Below, piece by piece: positions 9,947-18,595 of a stretch of DNA of 64,000 nucleotides (its first letter is position 1; each line of letters starts with the position of its first letter). The DNA lies in NCBI GenBank assembly GCA_005801425.1, contig SYDY01000088.1, positions 21,290-85,289 of the forward strand, read 5' to 3'. Position numbers and translations under genes: made by a program. The notes under the pieces were generated by a model, which saw nothing but the letters and a program-made list of their open reading frames with translations, had not been told where the DNA came from and did no database searches. This stretch comes from Bdellovibrionales bacterium (GTDB taxonomy: Bacteria > Myxococcota > XYA12-FULL-58-9 > SYDY01).

Positions 9947-11173
9947 GTGGCTAGACTTGCCCCTATGGCTCGAAGCAATCCTTGCGTTGAAACACTCACG
10001 TGGACATTCATGAACCCGCTCTTCGACGTGTCTCTCTTGGCGGGTGGGAGCACAACGCGTGTGCTTGATATGATGGCGCCTCCTTCAGAGGGAGCTGCAC
10101 TGGTTCAAATTCCGGACGCTATGTTGGCGCAACCTGCTGTGATGAGGGTTTTATCCCCATCGAATAGCAGCATCGTACCATCGGATCCAAAGCCGAAGGA
10201 TGAGGCCAAGGCGCGGGCGGATTCCGCGATGACACGTCAAAGGGTTGCGTATCGCGATTTAGAGGCAGCGAAAACGGCAATTAAAAATGTAAAATCTGAC
10301 GACAATATTGCTGATTTGCAGGCACGTTTTAGGGCCATAGAAACAGAATTCGCGCTTGCCAAAATAGAACACAGCTATTGGCATCAGGTGACGCATATCC
10401 TCCGTAATACAGATCCCAAAGTAAAACGTGACGAAGAATGGCCTATGATATTGGCTGCTAAATTGGATGCTTTGGCTATGCATCCTGACGCATTGCTTGC
10501 TGAGTATGATCGAATTTTGCGCTTGGATTTGGACGGGAGATTACCGGGTGACACAAAAACGCTTCTGCGCGGCAATGCCGATGAATCGAAAGCATTGCGC
10601 CGTTATATCACGCAAGATCCTGTGATGGTGGTTTTTACTGAACGCTTGAAATCCGCGATGCTGTCCGAACTTCAGGACCGAGAGCACAAGAGAAAATATC
10701 CAGCCCTTGCGTTTGCTGCGGGTGCGTCGGCGGTTGCAGATGTTTTGGGTGTAATACCTGAGCGAATGATTGTTTGCACGCGTGCGTTGATCCGCCTCGG
10801 CGTTTTTGAATCAGCGGAGGAAGCAGCGCGGTTTATGGTTGTTGCCTCATTTACCATGGGTTCTGTTTCTGCGGATACGACAAATTATCTCGCACAGCAC
10901 GCAAAATACGGCGTTCAATCTAAGCGGAATGAATTTGAACGCGTACGTAGGGCCGTCGGAACAGGCTATTGCCAGGCGTTTAGCACGGATTCTGAAACTA
11001 GCCGAAGTAAATGCGAACAATTTGTGGATGCAAGCAAAATGCTTGATGCCGACAAGCAAGGGCTTAAACCCAAGTTGCTTGAGCACGCTGCGCGAGATGC
11101 AAAGGACAGCCTTGATCGTGCAAGAACTGTGGTCGATGATTTTGTGAAACGACTTGCGATAGCTGCTTCGTGA
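9947..11173 (+). CDS. hypothetical protein (about 400 aa), helical, no domain recognised
   Basis: Long ORF. Start uncertain (GTG 9947, ATG 9965 or ATG 10010). Confidence 0.5.
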   Translation: MARLAPMARSNPCVETLTWTFMNPLFDVSLLAGGSTTRVLDMMAPPSEGAALVQIPDAMLAQPAVMRVLSPSNSSIVPSDPKPKDEAKARADSAMTRQRVAYRDLEAAKTAIKNVKSDDNIADLQARFRAIETEFALAKIEHSYWHQVTHILRNTDPKVKRDEEWPMILAAKLDALAMHPDALLAEYDRILRLDLDGRLPGDTKTLLRGNADESKALRRYITQDPVMVVFTERLKSAMLSELQDREHKRKYPALAFAAGASAVADVLGVIPERMIVCTRALIRLGVFESAEEAARFMVVASFTMGSVSADTTNYLAQHAKYGVQSKRNEFERVRRAVGTGYCQAFSTDSETSRSKCEQFVDASKMLDADKQGLKPKLLEHAARDAKDSLDRARTVVDDFVKRLAIAAS

Positions 11174-11189
11174 AATGCAATAAAATAAA

Positions 11190-12050
11190 ATGGGGGCGTT
11201 TATGAGTAGTCATGTTGTTGAGGCGAAATCGCATATGCCAGTGCAGGAACCCATGCATTATTTTGGACCCCTTGTTGATGGGGCACGATGTAAACTTGCG
11301 TGTTCGCCCAAAGGCGATGAGAAATCGGCCACGTTCGCTTATTTCACGTCACGTACGCAAGAAGATCCGTCTGCTGTGGTGGTTCTTACATTGCCGAGGC
11401 GGCATGCGAATGGTGCATGGAGTCTTGAGATCGATGGCGTACAAGTGAACGATCTCTCACTGCGTGGGCAAGGATTTGGCGCGAAAGTTCATCATGCGGC
11501 ATGCCAATGGCTTAAGTCGATTGAATCAACACCTCATCCAGCAAGTCACATACGCTTGTTGGCCGGGAGTTTGGGTGATGAATGTTCCGGCCCCTGGTTG
11601 TGGGCGAATCTTGGTTATCAGGCCAAGAATTGGGTTCAGTTTGAGACCAAAAAAACAGGTGTACGCAAAGATTTTGTCGATGCATGGGAAATGTTTCTCT
11701 GGAATATCCACAAGAAATTTTCAGTCGAACAAAAAACGGAATTTACGAAGCCAGGGTTTCTTTCCTTGTTTAAGACGCTTAATTTAGAGTTGGCATCTTC
11801 ACAAAATCCACGTGAATTTTTTACGGCGATCGAAGTAGCATGCCAAGGACCTTTAAGGATTTGGAGCGACGCTGCGATTGAGAAAGGTGGATGGGTAGAC
11901 GGCGCGGGGCGAAAACTTTCTATTGCGAAAGCGTTTACGTCTGTGGCGGCACCTGTATTTAAAGGAAAATTTGATATTCACGATTCACATAGCGTGCGTG
12001 CTTTTAATAGCTATTGCGAGCGTAAGGGCTCTCCCGAATTGATGATGTGA
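11190..12050 (+). CDS. hypothetical protein with possible GNAT acetyltransferase-like core
   Basis: LEIDGVQVNDLSLRGQGFGAKVHHAACQWL resembles GNAT motif A (R/Q-x-x-G-x-G/A). The later LWANLGYQ resembles the GNAT C-terminal strand. Weak by-eye match. Confidence 0.4.
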   Translation: MGAFMSSHVVEAKSHMPVQEPMHYFGPLVDGARCKLACSPKGDEKSATFAYFTSRTQEDPSAVVVLTLPRRHANGAWSLEIDGVQVNDLSLRGQGFGAKVHHAACQWLKSIESTPHPASHIRLLAGSLGDECSGPWLWANLGYQAKNWVQFETKKTGVRKDFVDAWEMFLWNIHKKFSVEQKTEFTKPGFLSLFKTLNLELASSQNPREFFTAIEVACQGPLRIWSDAAIEKGGWVDGAGRKLSIAKAFTSVAAPVFKGKFDIHDSHSVRAFNSYCERKGSPELMM

Positions 12051-12087
12051 TTTAGACAGTAAGCAATCAATGAATGTTTAAACCGGT

Positions 12088-13539
12088 CTATTTTGCCCAT
12101 ACTGTTGAGATATGAACATCCACTTCAACGGGCGTGTTTTTTAAAATAGATTCACCAGCCTGGACCATCGCGTTTTGAACCGTGGATGCGACGGCGTCGG
12201 CATTGTCAACATCGCATTCAATCACCAATTCATCATGGACTGCATTGACCAATCCTGCATCGTGAAATGGTTTTAATGGGCTGTAGAGATCACCCATGGC
12301 CAATTTGGTGATATCTGCGTTGGTGCCTTGAATAGGCATGTTGCGCGCAAGGCGTCCTTTCGCAGCGTGATCTATATTTTGTGGGAGATGCAGTCGCCTT
12401 CCGCCTAAGGTTGTCACATATCCGTTGCGTATACCCAGCTCGGCTGCGCTTTCGAGATAATCCCGAATACGCGGAAAACGCTTGAAGTAGTCGTTAAGCA
12501 GCGTTTCGGCGCGGTCTCGGTCGACGTCGAGTGTCTTTGCAAGTCCTCCGGCACCCATGCCGTATACCAAACCAAAACTAATGGCTTTGGCCCGCTTACG
12601 CAATTCAGGATGTTCTGTTTTTGAAACACGTACGTCGAACATGGTGCTTGCGACTTCGCTGTGAATGTCGAGTTTTTCTGAAAATGCGCGTTTAAAAACA
12701 GGATCGTCGCTCATCTCGCAGAGAATGCGAAGTTCGCATGCGCTGTAATCTGCAATGATCAATGTACGTCCTGGGGGTGTATGAAAACTTGCACGATGGG
12801 GGCCTTCGCTGACCACGGCTTGCAGATTTGGATTTTGACATGCCATGCGGCCGGTGCTCGCGCCAATTTGAATAAATGTAGGGTGAATGCGTCCGTCTGG
12901 CGAAACATGATCAAGATAATTAAGCCCGTAGGCCGTAATGAGTTTTTTTAATTGCTTCATGCGGTGAAGCTTTTGGGGCGTGTCTTTTTGGAGAATGATG
13001 GCGTTCACTTCTGCCTTGGCATCGCGATCGGCTTTTCTCCATTGTTCTGAAGAAAATGGCATACCTCTCGTTTCCATGCTTGCAATGGGGGCAATGGCAC
13101 GGGATTCAATGCGGGAGATACGATTTTGGCCCGTTGATTTAATCCAAGGCATTTGGTGAAGTGCAATGTTGCGATGATGCTCTGCAAGCGCACCAAGCGC
13201 TTCGATGCTTGCGTTTGCATCAGGTGCTTCTGGGTAGACAACGTTGCTGTGGTTTACCAATTGCGCAACGATCATGGTGCATGCCCAGCGTGGCTGACCG
13301 ATATCCAGATGCGCGACAGCGAGACTCGTATGCACACGCTTTGCATCGTGCGTCGCCATGGGAAGATCACATGCACGCAAAAGAGCAATGCTTTCTGGGT
13401 CAGGCGTAAAGACAAAAACATCATGTCCATTGTGCAGTGCGATGATGCGCGGTGCATGATGGCGATCGGCATGTGGATCGAGGGCAAGACCCAGGATCCG
13501 GTCGGTTTTTTCTAGAAATGAAAGGAGGGTAGGGTTCAC
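12088..13539 (-). CDS. compact family A DNA polymerase (PolA-like polymerase domain, degenerate 3'-5' exo region, no 5' nuclease domain)
   Basis: Motif A IIADYSACELRIL, motif B RKRAKAISFGLVYGMG, QGTNADITK, motif C VHDELVIE. Only 483 aa. GTG start 6 nt after the upstream stop. Confidence 0.8.
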   Translation of the reverse strand: MNPTLLSFLEKTDRILGLALDPHADRHHAPRIIALHNGHDVFVFTPDPESIALLRACDLPMATHDAKRVHTSLAVAHLDIGQPRWACTMIVAQLVNHSNVVYPEAPDANASIEALGALAEHHRNIALHQMPWIKSTGQNRISRIESRAIAPIASMETRGMPFSSEQWRKADRDAKAEVNAIILQKDTPQKLHRMKQLKKLITAYGLNYLDHVSPDGRIHPTFIQIGASTGRMACQNPNLQAVVSEGPHRASFHTPPGRTLIIADYSACELRILCEMSDDPVFKRAFSEKLDIHSEVASTMFDVRVSKTEHPELRKRAKAISFGLVYGMGAGGLAKTLDVDRDRAETLLNDYFKRFPRIRDYLESAAELGIRNGYVTTLGGRRLHLPQNIDHAAKGRLARNMPIQGTNADITKLAMGDLYSPLKPFHDAGLVNAVHDELVIECDVDNADAVASTVQNAMVQAGESILKNTPVEVDVHISTVWAK

Positions 13540-13545
13540 GTGGTT

Positions 13546-13989
13546 TTATTTTTTATCGCAGTGTTTGCACTTCATCTTTTTGCCTTTGCCGTCATGCATC
13601 TCGCTAATCATTGTATCACGATCGGCGGGCTTGAGCAGGTTGAGAATATCAACATGAAGTCCGACAGTGGCTTTGCGCAACTGCATGAATGAAACATGGG
13701 CTTTTTCCATGCTTGCAAGTACTGCGGCTTTGTCGATGGGTGTTTTGGTCATGAGATCATGACTTTCGTCGCGAAGTTTTTTCGATTCTGCTTCGAGCCG
13801 TTCGATATCGGCTTTGGCTGCCTCGTTGAGTTTATCGACGCTCGCTTTGGTGGCCGCATCGAGTTTCAATTTAGATAGCCCCTCTTCAAAGGCATGTTCA
13901 CGGTCCGCATTTTTCGGCGGGCATGCTTGTGCTGAAGGGATGCTGATTAAGGTCAAAACGAACGCGGAAATTAATAGTTGGATTTTCAT
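13546..13989 (-). CDS. periplasmic LTxxQ-motif (Spy/CpxP/ZraP-like) protein
   Basis: Signal peptide MKIQLLISAFVLTLISIPSAQA, helical and charged, LTxxQ-like LKPADRDTM, Cys/His/Lys-rich tail KMKCKHCDKK. Divergent from the sigma54 regulator. Confidence 0.45.
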   Translation of the reverse strand: MKIQLLISAFVLTLISIPSAQACPPKNADREHAFEEGLSKLKLDAATKASVDKLNEAAKADIERLEAESKKLRDESHDLMTKTPIDKAAVLASMEKAHVSFMQLRKATVGLHVDILNLLKPADRDTMISEMHDGKGKKMKCKHCDKK

Positions 13990-14081
13990 AGGGTGTAGTC
14001 TAAGCCCGTTTTGAGCAAATGCCAACGGTTTGACGTTTTTTTGGGTGTCATGTTGAGTTTATCTGGTGGTGGCGTCATACT

Positions 14082-15461
14082 GTGGAGGTGTCAGAAGGGG
14101 TTGCACATATTCTTGTTGTTGACGATGAGCACGGCATTTTGGCCTCGCTTGAGCGGATTTTTGCGCGCGAAGGATACGATGTATCTACCACAGACAGTGG
14201 TGATGAGGCGATCAATATTTTGCGCCAACGCGGCGCCGATGTGGTCCTTGCCGATGTGATGATGCCTAAAATGAGTGGCATCGATTTGCTGCGTGCCGTG
14301 AAGGCGATTTCTCCATCCATCGATGTCTTGATGATGACCGCTTTTGGAACGATAGAAAAAGCAGTCGAGTGCATGCGCGAAGGTGCCTATGACTTTATTA
14401 GCAAACCACTTAAACGCGCGTTGGTGGTACGCTCGGTGCAGCGTGCCTTGGAACGCCGCGCTTTGTTGCACGAAAACCGTGCATTGCGTGCGCAAGCGAT
14501 GTCGTTGCATGCCGACGACGATGTTGTGGTGGGAAGTTCCAATGCATTGCGCGCCACGTTGGATTTGGTGGCACAAGCCGCGCCCAGCGAAGCAACGATT
14601 TTGCTTGAAGGCGAAAGCGGCACAGGCAAAGAATTATTGGCGCAGCGGATCCACGCGCTTTCCAATCGCGCATTGGGTCCCTTTGTTGCGGTCAATTGTG
14701 CTGCGCTTCCTGAGGGGCTTCTTGAGAGCGAATTGTTTGGTCACGAAAAAGGTGCATTTACAGGGGCCTTTTCGCGCCACTTGGGTCGCTTTGAGCGTGC
14801 CCAGGGTGGGACGATTGTTCTTGATGAAATCGGTGAAACGTCCTCTGCGGTGCAGGTACGTTTGCTGCGTGTGTTACAAGAAGGGGAGATAGAACGCGTG
14901 GGTGGCGGCGAAGTGATCCGCGCCGATGTACGTGTGGTGGCTGCGACCCATCGCAATTTAAAAGAGCTTGTCGCTGCGGGGAAATTTCGTGAAGATCTTT
15001 ATTATCGTTTGAATGTGATCCCCGTGGTGGTGCCTCCACTGCGTGAACGTCATGGTGATGTCGTGATTTTGGCACAGCATTTCCTAAAACGCTTTGCCCG
15101 CAAAAATAACAAAACCATTGAAGGCTTCTCTGAACTTGCGTTGGCCGATTTGGATGCCTACGCCTGGCCAGGCAATGTACGGGAACTTGAAAATACCATC
15201 GAACGGGCGGTGGTGTTGTGCCGTGGTGAAATCATTGGTCGTGATGATTTACCACAAGCGATGCGCAGACAAACCGAAGATCCTTCGCGTTCGCATCATC
15301 ATCACAGCGATGGAATTTTTGTGCCCTATGGCACCACCATGGGTGAAGCTGAAATGATGCTGATCACCCAAACCCTCGAACGCTGTGGTGGCGATAAAAA
15401 AACCGCTGCACGCTTGCTTGGCATTGCACCACGAACGATTTATCGCCGGGTGGGCGGATAG
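14082..15461 (+). CDS. sigma54-dependent response regulator (NtrC/ZraR family: REC + AAA+ + Fis HTH)
   Basis: REC domain (ILVVDDE...LADVMMPKMSG), Walker A GESGTGKE, GAFTGA loop, C-terminal HTH (AARLLGIAPRTIYRR). GTG start. No adjacent histidine kinase. Confidence 0.9.
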   Translation: MEVSEGVAHILVVDDEHGILASLERIFAREGYDVSTTDSGDEAINILRQRGADVVLADVMMPKMSGIDLLRAVKAISPSIDVLMMTAFGTIEKAVECMREGAYDFISKPLKRALVVRSVQRALERRALLHENRALRAQAMSLHADDDVVVGSSNALRATLDLVAQAAPSEATILLEGESGTGKELLAQRIHALSNRALGPFVAVNCAALPEGLLESELFGHEKGAFTGAFSRHLGRFERAQGGTIVLDEIGETSSAVQVRLLRVLQEGEIERVGGGEVIRADVRVVAATHRNLKELVAAGKFREDLYYRLNVIPVVVPPLRERHGDVVILAQHFLKRFARKNNKTIEGFSELALADLDAYAWPGNVRELENTIERAVVLCRGEIIGRDDLPQAMRRQTEDPSRSHHHHSDGIFVPYGTTMGEAEMMLITQTLERCGGDKKTAARLLGIAPRTIYRRVGG

Positions 15462-15466
15462 ATAAT

Positions 15467-15853
15467 CTAAGGCGTGCCGGTAGGGATTTTTTTTGCGTCA
15501 CCCACCAACCCTGAGGTTTCTTTCGCGACATCACGGCTGCTCTTGACCACTTCGTGGGTGCCTTTCACCTCTTTGTTGAATTTTGACATGAAGGAGCTTT
15601 CTTCTTTTGCCGTAGCACCCGTTGCTTGGGCTTTTTCGTAGCCTTCACGGTAGCGCGTTGCGAGAACTGGATCGGTGTTTGTTCCGCAACCGTTGGTTAA
15701 CTGTAGGCTGTCCATGCGCTTGCCTTCGGCCGCTTCGTTGTAGCCCAATTGATAGGCACCCTCAGGATTGCAAACCTGTTGTTGCCATGCAACGCCTGTA
15801 TGAGCACATGCAACGGTCAAGCACGTCGAAACCAAAGCCAAGATGCGCATCAA
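15467..15853 (-). CDS. small lipoprotein, unknown function
   Basis: Signal peptide plus lipobox (CLTVAC); 128 aa. Confidence 0.55.
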   Translation of the reverse strand: MMRILALVSTCLTVACAHTGVAWQQQVCNPEGAYQLGYNEAAEGKRMDSLQLTNGCGTNTDPVLATRYREGYEKAQATGATAKEESSFMSKFNKEVKGTHEVVKSSRDVAKETSGLVGDAKKIPTGTP

Positions 15854-16062
15854 ACCCCCCTTGAAAGATGTGGATTTTATGCACGGGTTGTAGTGGTGGT
15901 GTCAATTTTGTAGATGTACTCAGATGTGTGCATGAGACGCATTCGCTTTGCCTATGATATTAAAGATAAGCAACATACTGGTGGTTTCTGTCGATAGATA
16001 TTTGATCAAGTTCTCATTGTTAGAATCAATATAATATTCTCAAATATCATGAAGGTAATAGA

Positions 16063-18441
16063 ATGAGTCACTGCATGCGTCGTATTCCTGGAATTAGGAA
16101 CAGCGAATCACAAATTCATGAATTGGAAGAAGTGGTTGTACAAAACGGCCACGTAGCGCCAACGCTTGATGATGCGATTCGTGTGGTGGGCGCTAAGCAA
16201 TTTACCCAATATCTTAATGAGACTGAGATGGCGCGATTGTCTCAAGCAAACAAAGAGCTCAACGCACTCGTTTCACCGATGTATCGACCATCATTTCCAG
16301 TTCAGATCCCACGGGCACCATTCTCGATGATGAAGAATTTTGGAGCTGCTGATGGGGTTTCATTCTTTTCATTCTACACGATGATCGGAACGCTTATCCC
16401 CGGCGCCATCGGGCTGCATAAGTACTTAAATAGACCTCACGTTGCAGACGCTGCCCAAGAGTACCTTTTCACGAATTTACCCCAGGGTTTTTGGGTCTCA
16501 CGTGAGCAGCTTGCGACGATGGATGTTGCAAGACAGGTTGGTGATTCGAATGGACCCAACGTTTGGGGTTATATTTTTCGCGATGGCGCTGATGCCTTAT
16601 GCGCATATGCAAGATATTGGGTCCAAAGCGCTTCATATTATGAAGATTCGGGTCATGATCATTGGTACTATGATGAGCGTATTACAGACCACCAATGTTT
16701 TGATACGCCACAGCATACCACTCAAAATTCAGAACTGATGCCCTGGCTTCCTTTGATGCTTGGGGCTGGTGCAGCATTGACGCTTTTTTGGGTTTCTACC
16801 AAAAGGATGGGGCATGAACAATGCAAGGTCGCTGTAGAATTGGATTTGCTTTCCCGCCGATTGACTGAGGCGCTTCCTCACATGCGCGTCATGTCCAGAC
16901 ATATGCCGTATTGGATATGCTGGACCGCGCAATGGATGGAGTTTGATAGTAAATTAGAAGGTGCCAGACATGCTGGGTTAAAGTCGGCGATCGATGCTGC
17001 CTATGAGCAGATGAGGCCCCGTATTCTACACTGGCTTGAAAATGAAACCACGCATGTCTTTCCTGAAATCGTCCGTCGATTACTCGCGATGGCATCGCGT
17101 CGCAACGATGTTTCATTGTGGTGCTTGTCGCGCATTCACGGACAGCCGGGGCAGGCAAGACAAAGTGATGAGTCCTTGGTCATGTCTCGACTACATAGTG
17201 TTTTTGAAAGTTTTGAATTTGAATGTGTTTTGCCTGCCAATAGCGATCAAGCTGAACTTTATGAGGCGGGTCGCTCCGTAGGTCATGCTTTGGAAGAGCA
17301 GGGCAGTGGTATATTAGTTGCGGTAGCCTGTTCTGAGCGTCCTGGCTGGGAGATATGGGCTGCAGGTTTTGTTAATAGCGCAATAGCAGATCACCATTTT
17401 TCAGGGCGTGCCAATTGCATCAAAGAGATGGTTGTTCGACGAGAGGATGAACCTCTCGAACGATTGGCCAAACGCAGTGCTGCTTTGCAGGAGCATAAAT
17501 TTCGTGCAGATGATGCGATGGTGCCGCGTTTTAATGGGAAATCGTCTGACAAAACGTATTTCAACCGGTGGAATGCAAGCGTCAAGGCATTGCTAGAATA
17601 TGCCAATGAAAATAACGATGAAAGCCTTAGAACCATCATGACTGCAGCGCTTGGGCGTCAAAATCAAATCGTTGATGCCGATCATCCATGGCTGATGGAA
17701 TGCGCGAAAACCCCTGAAAGAACACCGGGATTGCTGATGCTGTTAGAAAAAACGGTCGTCGTTGCTGAGCAACGTGATCATGTTTTAGCATTGCAAAAAC
17801 AATGTATTGAAACACTGTGTGATGACTCTATTTTAGACCATGATTTTGATTGCGCCGGGGTACCTCCGGGTATCGCCGCCAAAACGATCATGTCATTCCC
17901 TGAAGGCCAGGAATTGACGGCTGAACGTGTCGTGACACTGGCACAGAAATATCCGAGTATTATTCAAGCGCTTATGCGCGATGATACTGCCACGGGGGTA
18001 CGTACGCGTGCGTATGTTGCCCGTGCGTTGCTGCCTGAGGGCGTCGATGATGCGACGGTAACTTCTTTTGTGGATGACGTGCGATTGGCACTTCGTGGTG
18101 AAAAACCTCGTGCGTTTACGCACATGAACGAGTTTTACGTCCTGGCTTTGCATACGCTTTTTGCGAACACCACGAACTATACATCCATTCTCACCCCACT
18201 TTTAGAAGCATGGGTGCATGGTGAGTATGTGCGGGATAAAACAGTTGAAAAATATCAAGAGTTCCAACATCTAACTGAAATCAATAGCGTGTTTCTAAAA
18301 GAAACCGCAGCGGCTCTCTTTCATGATGTGGCGTCTCATCCATGGACAAAAACATCGCAATTTTTGTTGGCTGATCTTGTTTCCAATATGGATTTTTCTG
18401 AATCCGCGAATGCTGGGATGACCATGGAAACAATTCTTTAA
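16063..18441 (+). CDS. large hypothetical membrane protein (792 aa) with F-box-like N-terminal segment
   Basis: AT-rich upstream region. QFTQYLNETEMARLSQANKELNALV resembles the F-box helix pattern. Two hydrophobic segments (FFSFYTMIGTLIPGAIGL, WLPLMLGAGAALTLFWV). Confidence 0.55.
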   Translation: MSHCMRRIPGIRNSESQIHELEEVVVQNGHVAPTLDDAIRVVGAKQFTQYLNETEMARLSQANKELNALVSPMYRPSFPVQIPRAPFSMMKNFGAADGVSFFSFYTMIGTLIPGAIGLHKYLNRPHVADAAQEYLFTNLPQGFWVSREQLATMDVARQVGDSNGPNVWGYIFRDGADALCAYARYWVQSASYYEDSGHDHWYYDERITDHQCFDTPQHTTQNSELMPWLPLMLGAGAALTLFWVSTKRMGHEQCKVAVELDLLSRRLTEALPHMRVMSRHMPYWICWTAQWMEFDSKLEGARHAGLKSAIDAAYEQMRPRILHWLENETTHVFPEIVRRLLAMASRRNDVSLWCLSRIHGQPGQARQSDESLVMSRLHSVFESFEFECVLPANSDQAELYEAGRSVGHALEEQGSGILVAVACSERPGWEIWAAGFVNSAIADHHFSGRANCIKEMVVRREDEPLERLAKRSAALQEHKFRADDAMVPRFNGKSSDKTYFNRWNASVKALLEYANENNDESLRTIMTAALGRQNQIVDADHPWLMECAKTPERTPGLLMLLEKTVVVAEQRDHVLALQKQCIETLCDDSILDHDFDCAGVPPGIAAKTIMSFPEGQELTAERVVTLAQKYPSIIQALMRDDTATGVRTRAYVARALLPEGVDDATVTSFVDDVRLALRGEKPRAFTHMNEFYVLALHTLFANTTNYTSILTPLLEAWVHGEYVRDKTVEKYQEFQHLTEINSVFLKETAAALFHDVASHPWTKTSQFLLADLVSNMDFSESANAGMTMETIL

Positions 18442-18595
18442 ACGATATAAGTTGGGTGTTGAGTAACGGTGAATACCCGGCACCTTTCTCCTTTCTTTGG
18501 CCGTGTGGTTAATTCAACCACACCTTCGTGCACCTAAATAATACGAAGAAAGTACTGGCAGTAATTCATCCGTATTGTGGGTAATCTACAGAACC

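Noticed and set aside
13990-14081. Possible sigma54 -24/-12 promoter (TTGGCATTTGCT on the minus strand) upstream of the ZraP/Spy-like gene
   Set aside because: The GG and GC elements are about 7 nt apart, not the roughly 11 nt of TGGCAC-N5-TTGC, so I do not report it as a promoter.
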